Shown: positions 9,452 through 19,219 of the stretch, in pieces
How the letters are laid out: each line of letters starts with the position of its first letter
Position numbering within the stretch: the first letter of the stretch is position 1
IMG/VR virus record: IMGVR_UViG_3300011008_000034
Location: 96,001-160,000 of that record
Length of the DNA: 64,000 nt
Source: a virus
Lineage: Duplodnaviria; Caudoviricetes
Direction: 5' to 3' (one strand)
Position numbers and translations under genes: made by a program
Notes under the pieces: generated by a model
Databases searched by the model: none
What the model was told of the DNA's origin: nothing
What the model saw: the letters and a program-made list of their open reading frames with translations, nothing else

Positions 9452-9879
9452 TCAAACTCCTATACAAAATGTATTGATTTTGCAAAATTTATCATATACA
9501 TTTAAAAATTCTTTTTGAATTTTTGGTTCAATAGATTCAACTTTTTTAAAAAAATCATTTTCAAAAAATGAAGCATAAAAAAACGAATGAATTGAATGAT
9601 TTGGAACATAATCTATTTTTACATGGTCATAACTTAAAAGAACAATTCCTATTTTATTAGATTGAAAAACAATTCTATTTGTGCATTCTGGACAATACAA
9701 TTTATTCTCAGTAAAATCAAAAACAGTAAATTCCATGTAATACTTTTTTTAGATGTTTTTATCGATATAGGACATCCACATTTTGCACATGAACGATTAA
9801 TTTCATATGATTTTCGTTTTTGTAAGAATTTTAAAAATCCATATTTTTTAGATATTGCTTTTTCTTTATAACTGTTCAT
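9452..9879 (-). pseudogene. Zn-finger tandem paralog 3, frameshifted at an A7 run
   Basis: The 5' half (MNSYKEKAIS...CAKCGCP) and 3' half (YMEF...YCPEC) are in different frames. One extra A at 9744-9750 restores colinearity with 9881-10312. Confidence 0.8.
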
Positions 9880-9880
9880 T

Positions 9881-10312
9881 TTAAACTCCTGTACAAAAAG
9901 TATTAATTTTACAAAATTGTTTATACATTTTAGAAAGTTCTTCATAATCTTCATTTTTTATACGTTCTATAACTTCATGAAAATTGTTTTTAAAAAATGA
10001 AGGATAAAAAGAAGCTTGAACTGAACGTTTTGGAGCATAATCAATTTTAACATGATCGTGACTTAAAAGAATCATTGCAATTTTATTTGTATAGAAAACA
10101 ATATTTTCCGTACACTCTGGACAATATAATTTATTCTCAGTAAAATCAAAAACAACAAATTCCATGTAATGTCTTTTTGTAGGCGTTAAAACTGAAATTG
10201 GACATCCACATTTTGCACATTTTTGTTGAACTTGTTGATATGATTTCTGTTTGTGTAAAAATTTTAAAAATTTGTATTTTTCAGATATCGCTTTTTCTTT
10301 ATAAGTTTGCAT
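9881..10312 (-). CDS. Zn-finger protein, tandem paralog 2
   Basis: CAKCGCP...YMEFV...YCPEC...KINTFCTGV. Confidence 0.75.
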   Translation of the reverse strand: MQTYKEKAISEKYKFLKFLHKQKSYQQVQQKCAKCGCPISVLTPTKRHYMEFVVFDFTENKLYCPECTENIVFYTNKIAMILLSHDHVKIDYAPKRSVQASFYPSFFKNNFHEVIERIKNEDYEELSKMYKQFCKINTFCTGV

Positions 10313-10319
10313 ATTTCAC

Positions 10320-10775
10320 TTAGCTCCCTGTATAAAATGCATTTATTTTATGAAAATTATTTGATATACTTAAAAATTCATCATATTTGTTTAAATTAAA
10401 AGATTTAATTGTTTCACGAAAATCATTTTTTAAAAATGAAACATTACAAAAAAATGCGCATTTTTCTTTATTTGCATAACTAATTCTAACATTATCATTA
10501 TCTAAAATAGTAATCGCTATTTTATCATTATAGAAAACAGTGTTACTACATTCTGGACAAAACATATCACCATCACGATTATATGTAACAAATTCCATAT
10601 GATGAGTACCACTTTTTACAATTATAATCAAAGGACATTTACATTTTATACAAGAAGAAAGAACAATGAAATTTTTTTGTTGTTTTACAAAATTCAAAAA
10701 TTCTTCCTTCTTGCATAATGCATTTTCTAAATATGTCATATCATGCCTCTTGTACTGCACTTGCGATAATTTCAT
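10320..10775 (-). CDS. Zn-finger protein, tandem paralog 1
   Basis: CIKCKCP...HMEFV...FCPEC...KINAFYTG; true start may be the internal MTYLE. Confidence 0.7.
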   Translation of the reverse strand: MKLSQVQYKRHDMTYLENALCKKEEFLNFVKQQKNFIVLSSCIKCKCPLIIIVKSGTHHMEFVTYNRDGDMFCPECSNTVFYNDKIAITILDNDNVRISYANKEKCAFFCNVSFLKNDFRETIKSFNLNKYDEFLSISNNFHKINAFYTGS

Positions 10776-11505
10776 TCACTACATTTTCATTTAAAACATC
10801 ATAGATAGTCAAATTCTTAAAGCATGCCATTCCACAACGAGTTGCAATCGAATTCTGAACGCGTTTTGCAATGGTGAGATTATTTGTAGCATAGATTCGA
10901 TTAAGATGAATCTCAGGAACATTAATATACACAATATAAGTATTTCCGTCTTTATGCACATTTAAGAAAATGTCACAATTATCAATGAATCGTTTCTGAG
11001 AATGAATAATCGGAATATTCTTTAAAGAAAATTCATCATATTTTTTGACTGGATTCAAACCAAGTTCAAGTTGTCTCTGTTTTTTATTATCATAATGAGA
11101 AATTTCAATTTCTTTTTCAATTGCTTCTAATTCATTCATTGTTACTTTGGTAAAAGAAACACGATATTTATCAAATAAATCTCTATTTGCAAGTGGATAA
11201 CGATCTTCCATTTCCTGAAGTTTTGAAGAAAGTGCATAAGCAGTTGCATCTTGTTTTTTATTCAAAAGTTCATCTTGAATTCGCGCTTTTTCAGTTACTT
11301 CAATTTTTTCCTGAAGGCGTTTTTCTTCTTCGTACTGTCTAAATTTTTCATTTCTCCTTAGAATAGGTTTTAAGATAAGCTGATTAATTCCAAATCCTGT
11401 AAAGCAATAAACGATTTTCGCTGCTATCGTAATTAATCTAATTACCAATAATATTAATCCTATAATAAATAAAATCATACCAATTGCAAATAACATATTC
11501 AACAC
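10741..11505 (-). CDS. Membrane-anchored hypothetical protein
   Basis: N-terminal hydrophobic helix followed by a coiled coil. Confidence 0.65.
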   Translation of the reverse strand: MLNMLFAIGMILFIIGLILLVIRLITIAAKIVYCFTGFGINQLILKPILRRNEKFRQYEEEKRLQEKIEVTEKARIQDELLNKKQDATAYALSSKLQEMEDRYPLANRDLFDKYRVSFTKVTMNELEAIEKEIEISHYDNKKQRQLELGLNPVKKYDEFSLKNIPIIHSQKRFIDNCDIFLNVHKDGNTYIVYINVPEIHLNRIYATNNLTIAKRVQNSIATRCGMACFKNLTIYDVLNENVVNEIIASAVQEA

Positions 11506-11527
11506 TTCCTTTCCTTTATTTGATTTT

Positions 11528-11556
11528 ATTATACCATAGAATAACAGAAATGTAAA
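11528..11556 (-). promoter_or_regulatory. sigmaA-type promoter
   Basis: AAACTA-TTTACA-17 nt-TATAAT with TG, on the minus strand. Confidence 0.7.
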
Positions 11557-11679
11557 TAGTTTTTAATAAAAAAGAGGCAAAAATGCCTTCATTTATAAAT
11601 TTTGTACTTGGAAAATGCTAAACATAATTTTTAATTCTACTATTTACATCTTATCATTTAATAACATTTTTTCTTCTCT

Positions 11680-12090
11680 TTATAAATAAGGATTGTGTTT
11701 CATCAAATTAAAATAAATAGGACTTTGAACTCTAATAAAATCATCTTCTAACATTTTAATAACAATCTCGTATGTATTTTTAAATTGTTTTGATTTTTTT
11801 AAAATAATCGTATTATTTTTTGATTTTTTATGAATAAAAATAATTGATAAATCATAATTATCAATATTTGATAAATCTTTGTGACATTCCCAAAAAATAG
11901 TTTTCTCTTCATTCATGGGAACGCCCCAAACAACTTGTTGAAGATATGGTAAAATTTCCATAACTTTTTTATTTATGGAAGGGAGAAAAAATGCACCAAA
12001 TGATTTTTTAGTTTTACTTAATTGCATTATCTTTTTTCCAATCTTTTCTGCTTGAATTCCCATTTTTTCTTTTTCTTCAAATGTTAACAT
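11680..12090 (-). CDS. Hypothetical protein
   Basis: ORF with GAGGAG RBS. Confidence 0.6.
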   Translation of the reverse strand: MLTFEEKEKMGIQAEKIGKKIMQLSKTKKSFGAFFLPSINKKVMEILPYLQQVVWGVPMNEEKTIFWECHKDLSNIDNYDLSIIFIHKKSKNNTIILKKSKQFKNTYEIVIKMLEDDFIRVQSPIYFNLMKHNPYL

Positions 12091-12105
12091 TTTTTCTCCT
12101 CCTCT

Positions 12106-12567
12106 TTATTCGTTACTTTTCTTTATTGTAGCATCTAATGTTTCATCAATCATTTTTATTCTTGTATTATTATCAAAATCATATTCGCTTTTTAATGATG
12201 AATTTATTCCAAATGGATATCCATCAGCTCCAGGCTTTACATTAATATTACTAATAATGTTATTATTTTCATCAACTTCGCAATCTAAAAAAACATTTCT
12301 ATATTGAGTATTTTTTGTTTGTTTTCCTGGCGTTTGAAAAGAATGTAATTCTACATAATAATAATGAATTCCATCATTTTTTTTACAATATCCATACATT
12401 CCTTGTACACCTTGAAAATCTCCAGTTATAGGAAATCTTTGCCACTTAGTTTTGTCTAACAACTCTTCATCATATTGTTTTATTAATTCATCAGACTTTG
12501 ATTTGGAAATTAAGTCATTTCCTGGTGCATTTGATTTTCTAATTAAACGTTTTTTCACTATCATCAT
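12106..12567 (-). CDS. Hypothetical protein
   Basis: ORF with its own promoter and RBS. Confidence 0.6.
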   Translation of the reverse strand: MMIVKKRLIRKSNAPGNDLISKSKSDELIKQYDEELLDKTKWQRFPITGDFQGVQGMYGYCKKNDGIHYYYVELHSFQTPGKQTKNTQYRNVFLDCEVDENNNIISNINVKPGADGYPFGINSSLKSEYDFDNNTRIKMIDETLDATIKKSNE

Positions 12568-12584
12568 TCCTTTTTCTTAAATTT

Positions 12585-12613
12585 ATTATAACACATAACA
12601 TTGTATTTGTAAA
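12585..12613 (-). promoter_or_regulatory. sigmaA-type promoter
   Basis: AAACTA-TTTACA-17 nt-TATAAT with TG, on the minus strand. Confidence 0.7.
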
Positions 12614-12620
12614 TAGTTTT

Positions 12621-12863
12621 TCACTTTTTTTCCTGCAAATCATGTATCATTTGATAAAGTTCACTAATTGTTTTTGCTCTATCATCACATATTTGACGAT
12701 AATATTCCACGTCTCTTTCTAAACTACGAATTTCATTCCATTTTGTGCGTAATTCTCGTTTTACTTGTTCTAATTCCATTTTACAATGATTACGTTCTAT
12801 TTCGCTGTTTATCATCATGATAAAAATGACAAAAAACAACACAATGAATATCAGTACAATCAT
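12621..12863 (-). CDS. Small membrane-anchored coiled-coil protein
   Basis: N-terminal transmembrane segment and a heptad-like tail. Confidence 0.6.
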   Translation of the reverse strand: MIVLIFIVLFFVIFIMMINSEIERNHCKMELEQVKRELRTKWNEIRSLERDVEYYRQICDDRAKTISELYQMIHDLQEKK

Positions 12864-12866
12864 TTT

Positions 12867-13469
12867 TTACTCCTTTATAAAAGACTTTTTTCTATTAATT
12901 AACATTTTCTCTATATCACAAACAACATTTTGTAAATCAACAACTGGTGTCGAATAAAACAAATTATCAAGAGTTTCATAAACAGATTGAATATACTGAA
13001 ATTCTTTATCAAATAAATTTGGATAATTATCTCTTACATATATCAAATATTTTCTGCATGCACTAGACGTTTTAATATTAATCTCATCTAAAGACATAAT
13101 CGGAACTTCTTTTTTTGTATTTAATTTTTCTAAAATGGATTGTTCCCAGGAGGGAGGGACATATTTTATATTATATTTATCTTGAAAAAACTGAATGGTT
13201 TCATCATTAGATTTGTGATGTTCTATTCTTTTAATAAAATAAAATATATCTCCAGATGTATGACATCCAAAACAATACCAAGTATCATGGTCTTGTTTTC
13301 CAGTTTTTGTTTTATGACCAGTAGGATATACAGTAAAAGACGGTGTCCTTTCACTATGGAAAGGACATCTTGCTCTATATACATCTCCAGTTTTATGAAG
13401 TTTTACATAAGAATCAATTATTTCAACGCCGTTGCAATGCAATTGTATATATCTTTGAACATCATCCAT
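12867..13469 (-). CDS. CHC2 zinc-finger protein (primase Zn-binding domain without TOPRIM)
   Basis: CPFHSERTPSF...WYCFGC..SGDIF.F. Confidence 0.85.
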   Translation of the reverse strand: MDDVQRYIQLHCNGVEIIDSYVKLHKTGDVYRARCPFHSERTPSFTVYPTGHKTKTGKQDHDTWYCFGCHTSGDIFYFIKRIEHHKSNDETIQFFQDKYNIKYVPPSWEQSILEKLNTKKEVPIMSLDEINIKTSSACRKYLIYVRDNYPNLFDKEFQYIQSVYETLDNLFYSTPVVDLQNVVCDIEKMLINRKKSFIKE

Positions 13470-13483
13470 ACATTTCCCTTCTT

Positions 13484-14845
13484 TTACGAATCAGAATCTT
13501 CTTGTTTTTTCCATGCATCAAATTCTTGTTCTACTATATTCATCATATGAAATGCTTTTATAAAATGTAAATCACATGGTTCGCCATCACGTGTTTTAAA
13601 TGATTCAATAATACCATCATGATCAGATGTTGAACGAATTGCAAAACCAAAATCTAAATGGTCTGAAATCTGGTCTGACTCAGCTACGTGTTCAGTACCA
13701 GCACGTCCATTTTTCATTTGTGTTTCTGACTTACCTGCTCGAGTCATCTGTGCAGCTGAAATCACGATTTTCATTTTTCTTCGAGCAAACTGTTTTAATT
13801 CTAATGCAATATTACCTAAATTATCTCTTTTAACATCGGTTACAATATTAGGCTGCATAATCTGTGCATAGTCTATAATTACTGAATCAAATACTATTCC
13901 TAATTTTTGTTCTATTTCTTCAGTTTTTGTTTCAATCATTGCAGGCGTGCATTTTCCAGGAATATCAACAATATAAAATTCTCCCAACTGGTTTCCTTTT
14001 CTATCTTTTTTTGTTTTTATTTGGTCTAAGTAATCATTATATTTTTTCTCTTCAGCGTCTGTAAGTGTTCCCATTTTTAATCCTTTTATTGGGACACCAG
14101 CTGCACGAGAATCGAAACGTCTCATATAATCTTCTTTGGACATTTCCAATGAGAATAAAATAACATTTTTTCCTCTTCTCCAAAAATGATATCCAAAATT
14201 TAACATTAAAACAGATTTGCCGTCGCCTTTGCGTCCAATAACATAAATTAAATTTCCATACATAAATCCGCCAATGGATTTATCCAATTGTTTAAATCCA
14301 CTGGAAATAATATTTAATTTTTCCGGATGAAGTTTTCTGTCTTGATACATCATCCTACGTTCTTCTACATCATCTTGAATGCTTCCTTGTCTAATTGAAG
14401 AGTTCCCTATGGAATTTAACTTTGATAACCCCTGGGCCATGTCTGAAATTGTTTCTGTAATGGAATCTGCTTCTTTATTAATAACTTTATCTGCTCCAGC
14501 AGACAATATCTGTTTTGTAGATGCAACTTTATAATTATTTAAAACCCTGTTAGCCATTACTCGATAATTTGAGTAAGGGTCTGAAATATTTTGATTAAAA
14601 TCTTTTTCAGATAAAGTCAATCTATCCATCATAGGGAAATTAACTACATTCGCATTAACTCGCCCATTCACTTCATTAAATGCAGCTTTTAATCTTATAA
14701 ATAATGATTTTGTTTTAGGAGACGTAAAATAATCTTCTTGAAGCATTGACATAGCTTCTGGTAAAACACTTTGATTTTGCCAAATAAAGGATAATAAATC
14801 TAATTCTGTAGATTCATGATTTTCTTTTTTTACTTCATCCATCAA
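13484..14845 (-). CDS. dnaB: DnaB-like replicative helicase
   Basis: SGFKQLD..IGG, GRKGDGKS, FSLEM, IIDYAQ and AAQMTR. Confidence 0.9.
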   Translation of the reverse strand: MMDEVKKENHESTELDLLSFIWQNQSVLPEAMSMLQEDYFTSPKTKSLFIRLKAAFNEVNGRVNANVVNFPMMDRLTLSEKDFNQNISDPYSNYRVMANRVLNNYKVASTKQILSAGADKVINKEADSITETISDMAQGLSKLNSIGNSSIRQGSIQDDVEERRMMYQDRKLHPEKLNIISSGFKQLDKSIGGFMYGNLIYVIGRKGDGKSVLMLNFGYHFWRRGKNVILFSLEMSKEDYMRRFDSRAAGVPIKGLKMGTLTDAEEKKYNDYLDQIKTKKDRKGNQLGEFYIVDIPGKCTPAMIETKTEEIEQKLGIVFDSVIIDYAQIMQPNIVTDVKRDNLGNIALELKQFARRKMKIVISAAQMTRAGKSETQMKNGRAGTEHVAESDQISDHLDFGFAIRSTSDHDGIIESFKTRDGEPCDLHFIKAFHMMNIVEQEFDAWKKQEDSDS

Positions 14846-14946
14846 TATGCCTCCTTTTTTATTCTTTTTTTACTTCATCCATCAATATGCCTCCTTTTTT
14901 AATTAATCTTAAAATTCAGGTTGTTTACCTTAAAATTCAGGTTGTT
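14822..14946. repeat. Two local tandem duplications (40 bp x2; 18 bp x2)
   Basis: 14822-14861 equals 14862-14901; CTTAAAATTCAGGTTGTT occurs at 14908 and 14929. Confidence 0.9.
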
Positions 14947-15676
14947 CTATTATTCTATGATTTTCTCCTGAAATTTCCACAATATCATTTGTATATTCAA
15001 TAAATTCTTTTACTTCTTTTGAATATTCAATTCCAATATCACAAATGTTATATTTAGAACAAAGGATGACTGGTTTTTTGTCATTATCCCGTTGTCTAAT
15101 AATATTATCTAATGTCCTTTGAGAAAATTTATTGTCATTTCTTCCAAATTCTTCTCCAATATTATCAATAATTAGTAAATCTGGTTTTTGAATAAAATAA
15201 TTAGCTTTTTGTTTATCATGAATAATCAAAGACATAATATTATCCAACTGAGAATATGCTACTATGTATTTTATTTTTTGTTCAAATGAATATGGATTCA
15301 TTTTAGTAGCAACAAATTTTGCAATAATACAAGCTACCATAGATTTTCCGCGACCATGACTCCCACAGAGAAACAAACCTCTTCCTTTTAAATAATTATC
15401 ATCAAAATTCTTAATATAATTTTCAATCAAAGGATAATACTCTTCAGATTTAATTAAATCCATGCACCATTTAGAATCAAGGAATTTTCTTGGAAATCCC
15501 CAATCTAATAAAGAAATATTCCGTTCCATTTTTAAAATACATCTGCAAGGCGTTGAAGTTTGATATCCTTCATCGTCTTCATCTAGAAAATATCCTAAGC
15601 CATTACACTTGGGACATTTTTCTACTAATTCTTTCTTTTGTCTCTTTTCTTCTAATGAATAATCAGTTAAAAACAT
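14930..15676 (-). CDS. DnaC/IstB-like helicase loader ATPase
   Basis: CPKC...PCRC Zn site, GLFLCGSHGRGKS Walker A and DLLIIDNIGEE. Confidence 0.85.
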   Translation of the reverse strand: MFLTDYSLEEKRQKKELVEKCPKCNGLGYFLDEDDEGYQTSTPCRCILKMERNISLLDWGFPRKFLDSKWCMDLIKSEEYYPLIENYIKNFDDNYLKGRGLFLCGSHGRGKSMVACIIAKFVATKMNPYSFEQKIKYIVAYSQLDNIMSLIIHDKQKANYFIQKPDLLIIDNIGEEFGRNDNKFSQRTLDNIIRQRDNDKKPVILCSKYNICDIGIEYSKEVKEFIEYTNDIVEISGENHRIIEQPEF

Positions 15677-15688
15677 TTTTATGCCTCC

Positions 15689-16915
15689 TTAAAAATGATG
15701 ATTAAACTTCCACATAACATAACTTTCAATCATAGCATACGTTTTTTCTTCAAATAATGTACCTTCATATTGTTTCTTTAATGCATCAAATTTAGAATTC
15801 CGTTCAAAATCATGGTAATTAGCGAAATCAATTAATTCTTTATCAGGATTTAATTTAATCTTATACATAAATTCCGAATAATTATAAGATTCATCAAAAG
15901 CACCATTTAAGATAATATCTTTTATGTCAGAATAAAAAGAATCTACTACTTCTTGTGGATAATCACTAACTTTATTCTTAAACTGAATAATATTAGATAA
16001 AATAGTAGGAATATCATAATGAGGTTTGTTTTTAATAATATCATGAATATAATCTGGAAAAAAGTAGATAGAAGTAACATTCTTTTTTATCATATTATCA
16101 ATAACCATAACTGCATCATTATATGATAAATTATTATCTTTCATTGTGGTTTTAATTCTATCTACCTGAGCGACGAAACGTTTTTTATCAATTTTTAATC
16201 CAAGATTATTGTAAAACATTTTTACTAAATATGGAACTGAAGGCTGATTTAATTCCATAGCATATTGATAAAAACGTTGTGATTCTTCAATTAAATATTT
16301 AGCATCTGAGATTTTTGAATGCCCGGTTTCAGCTGTATATCTAAGCAAAAATTTAACTTGTTCTGGAGTCAATTGATATGTAAAATACAAAGATTTTATA
16401 CAAGCTGTAGCAATAATAAAATTAAATTCATATACGTCCCAGAATGAATAAAAATATTTTGCTAAATTCATAGGTTTATATTCTGAATCTAATTTTTGAA
16501 TAAATTCTTTTTCTTGTTTATTTTTAAATTGTCGCATTTCTATCATTTTTTGATATTCTAATGCTTTTTGTTTTTGTTTTTCTAAAGCTTCTGCAGCTTT
16601 TTGTTTACGTCTTTCTTCTTTTTCAGCTTCCAATTTAGCTTGTTTTTCTTGTTTTAAACGTTCTTTTTCTTGACGTTCTTTTTCTTTTTCTTGTTCAATT
16701 TGTTCTTTTAATTTCCCTTCAGCATCATATTTAGAAATAAAATTATCAAATAACTGAAAATTAGAATCATATACTTCCTGATATTCTTTTGATTTTTTCT
16801 TTAAGATTTTTATTGCTGAATATAAAAACTGATGTTTTTCATCAGATTTTTTTAAATGATTTGCTAATTTTAATGGAGTTTCAAATTCTTCTCCACAAAG
16901 TGGACATTTATCCAT
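15689..16915 (-). CDS. Hypothetical protein with N-terminal C2H2 finger and coiled coil (possible replisome organizer)
   Basis: CPLC...LANH.....H; lies upstream of the loader and helicase genes. Confidence 0.55.
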   Translation of the reverse strand: MDKCPLCGEEFETPLKLANHLKKSDEKHQFLYSAIKILKKKSKEYQEVYDSNFQLFDNFISKYDAEGKLKEQIEQEKEKERQEKERLKQEKQAKLEAEKEERRKQKAAEALEKQKQKALEYQKMIEMRQFKNKQEKEFIQKLDSEYKPMNLAKYFYSFWDVYEFNFIIATACIKSLYFTYQLTPEQVKFLLRYTAETGHSKISDAKYLIEESQRFYQYAMELNQPSVPYLVKMFYNNLGLKIDKKRFVAQVDRIKTTMKDNNLSYNDAVMVIDNMIKKNVTSIYFFPDYIHDIIKNKPHYDIPTILSNIIQFKNKVSDYPQEVVDSFYSDIKDIILNGAFDESYNYSEFMYKIKLNPDKELIDFANYHDFERNSKFDALKKQYEGTLFEEKTYAMIESYVMWKFNHHF

Positions 16916-16927
16916 ATTAATCCTCCT

Positions 16928-17185
16928 TTATCCTACAGGCCAGCATATTACTTTTCCATCATTTCTTTTTATAAAAACTTGATCGCCATCATATTCTGTA
17001 ATTTCACCAGTATCTATGATTTTTCGTTCTCCATCAAAAAATACAACAAAACCTTTATTAATTTCTAAAATCTTAGATTGATATCCACTTAATATCGCTA
17101 ATTCTAATCCTAATTCTTTTATATAATTTAACGGATTCTTTTGAACATCACTTGTTATTTCTTCTAAATTATGAAATTTTTGCAT
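16928..17185 (-). CDS. Hypothetical protein
   Basis: ORF with GAGGAG RBS. Confidence 0.6.
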   Translation of the reverse strand: MQKFHNLEEITSDVQKNPLNYIKELGLELAILSGYQSKILEINKGFVVFFDGERKIIDTGEITEYDGDQVFIKRNDGKVICWPVG

Positions 17186-17585
17186 GAATAATCTCCTCGC
17201 TTGGTATTGAGATTTTATTACTAAATAATAATGTTAAACATTCTGACATTGATTTATCAGAATAACCAAGTAATTTTCCTGTAATGTATTCAGAAATAAA
17301 TTGAGATTGCGGAGAATTGAAATCATGTTCAACAAAATCAATTAAAATTCTTTGATAATCATATCGATATACATAACAATGATATTATTTTAATTTAGAT
17401 TTAACATACATTACAATTTTTAAGTTGTATTGATTTGCAAAGGATTTAATCTGTCGAAAATCTTTACGAATATCCAATGATTTTTCATAATGATTCTCTA
17501 ATAAGGCGCAATTTCTTACGCCTTTATAGAGAAGATACATTTCGTTACAACACACATCAAATTCACTCGGAGACACATTCTTCAT
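17169..17585 (-). pseudogene. Paralog of 17756-18274 interrupted by an in-frame TAA
   Basis: KSKLK*YHCYVYRYDYQRILIDFV...YITGKLLGYSDKSM aligns with KKLKSADCYVYKYPFQRFLIDFV...YIQGKLLGYADFSM. Confidence 0.8.
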
Positions 17586-17591
17586 CCTCCT

Positions 17592-17777
17592 TTAAATTCC
17601 CATTTTTTCTGTCATTATCTTTGCAAGACATTCAAAAAAATTATTTGTATCTGATTCATTTAAATCATCTTCATCTTCGTTTTTAACTAAAAACTTATTT
17701 TGATTACGCAAATAATCAAATGATTTTGGCGCAACTTCATCAATATTTTCTTTTTTTAATTGTTCTGGCGTGCACAT
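17592..17777 (-). CDS. Small acidic hypothetical protein
   Basis: ORF with GGAGG RBS. Confidence 0.5.
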   Translation of the reverse strand: MCTPEQLKKENIDEVAPKSFDYLRNQNKFLVKNEDEDDLNESDTNNFFECLAKIMTEKMGI

Positions 17778-18274
17778 TCTTCATCCTCCATTTCTATATC
17801 TACATATTCCTTATCTAATTCTTCGCGAATATCTTCAAAATCATCACTATAAACAATTTCATGTTTTTGCGGATTAAAATCATCAAGAAAATATGGTTTT
17901 GATAAAAATTCATTCATGGAAAAATCCGCATAACCAAGTAATTTTCCCTGGATATAAGCAGATAACGTATTTAAGTGAAAATTATCTCTCCAATCAGAAG
18001 TAACAAAATCAATAAGAAAACGCTGGAACGGATATTTATAAACATAACAATCTGCTGATTTTAATTTCTTATAAACAATTAATAATGTATATAAGCCACG
18101 ATGTTTTGCATTTGTTTTGATTTCTTTATAACGTTCTACAACCACATCATCCATATGCGAATTCGTTTGAAAATCCTCATAATCAGCAACTTCAATTAAT
18201 GCACAACTTCTAACTCCTTTCTCAATAAGATATGATTCTTCACATACTCGAGCATAATCATATATAACTGACAT
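17756..18274 (-). CDS. Hypothetical protein
   Basis: ORF in the operon; intact member of the paralog pair. Confidence 0.7.
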   Translation of the reverse strand: MSVIYDYARVCEESYLIEKGVRSCALIEVADYEDFQTNSHMDDVVVERYKEIKTNAKHRGLYTLLIVYKKLKSADCYVYKYPFQRFLIDFVTSDWRDNFHLNTLSAYIQGKLLGYADFSMNEFLSKPYFLDDFNPQKHEIVYSDDFEDIREELDKEYVDIEMEDEECARQNN

Positions 18275-19218
18275 TAAATATCATCCTTTCCAAATAAAAT
18301 ATTACCTTTATCATCAGTAAACAATTCAAATCCTTTTCCATAAATACGATTATTATCATAGTCTATACGAACCCATTTATGTTTTGTATTTAACAAATGT
18401 TGTTTTGCAAAGTTAATAATTTTTATAACATTATCATCTGTAAAGGGTTCTTTTTTTACATTTGTATGATCGATAAAAATTAATTTCCATCCTTGTGATT
18501 TTAAAAAATAAGCACGTCTAATATCTTTTTTCTTTTTTTCTTTTAATGTTTCATATCCACATAAATAAGCAAAATAATGTCCTGTACCATTGTATTCCAA
18601 TCCTATCATTTCACTTGTAAATGCAATGTCAATAGCTGTTCTATCAACCGGAAAATTTAATTTTGAATCAATTAAAATATCATGTAAATGATACTGATAC
18701 TTAGATGTATTAATCGTTCCATTTTTACTTCTTGTTTTTATAGCTTTTATTTGAATTTGTTTTTGTATTTCTGGATTATCGAATGGATTTCTAAATCCTG
18801 TCTTTTTTTCATATGTATCACCACGAGCTTTTTGTACATTAGGGTCAGCTGATACACTTTTATACCCAGTCCTTTCAAAATGAGTTTGATTCTTTCTATC
18901 AGCTAATTCCTGATTTCCTTTTGGATTTTCTATTTTTCCATAATGCGATTTAAATGTTTTTATCCTTCTACATAAAGGACATAATTCAGCACCATGATCT
19001 CGTATTTTCCATCTTTCAGTTTCAAATTTTTTATTACAATTTTCACAAACACATTTTACTAATAAATTACTTGAAGGCTTTAAATCTTCATATGTAACTG
19101 TAAATTTTTGTCCCCAATTTGCTCCTAAATATTCATAACCTTTTTTTACATAATATTTATAAGTCATTGGGTGCCAAGAAATTTCAAATGTTTGATTAGG
19201 AATAATCAATAACATCAC
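18274..19218 (-). CDS. Putative free-standing homing endonuclease (Zn ribbon, repeats, Vsr/DUF559-like domain)
   Basis: KYY.KKGY...EDL..SS...V.C.CENC, TG..NP repeats and IDIAF....IGLEYNGTGH. Confidence 0.65.
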   Translation of the reverse strand: MMLLIIPNQTFEISWHPMTYKYYVKKGYEYLGANWGQKFTVTYEDLKPSSNLLVKCVCENCNKKFETERWKIRDHGAELCPLCRRIKTFKSHYGKIENPKGNQELADRKNQTHFERTGYKSVSADPNVQKARGDTYEKKTGFRNPFDNPEIQKQIQIKAIKTRSKNGTINTSKYQYHLHDILIDSKLNFPVDRTAIDIAFTSEMIGLEYNGTGHYFAYLCGYETLKEKKKKDIRRAYFLKSQGWKLIFIDHTNVKKEPFTDDNVIKIINFAKQHLLNTKHKWVRIDYDNNRIYGKGFELFTDDKGNILFGKDDI

Positions 19219-19219
19219 C

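Noticed and set aside
9744-9750. Programmed -1 ribosomal frameshift at A7G
   Set aside because: The zero-frame codons are AAA AAA AGT, so the A-AAA-AAG heptamer is not in the canonical phase. An indel or polymerase slippage is more likely.
17385-17387. Stop-codon reassignment
   Set aside because: This is a single TAA case; TAA, TAG and TGA all terminate normal genes and long ORFs are intact in the standard code.
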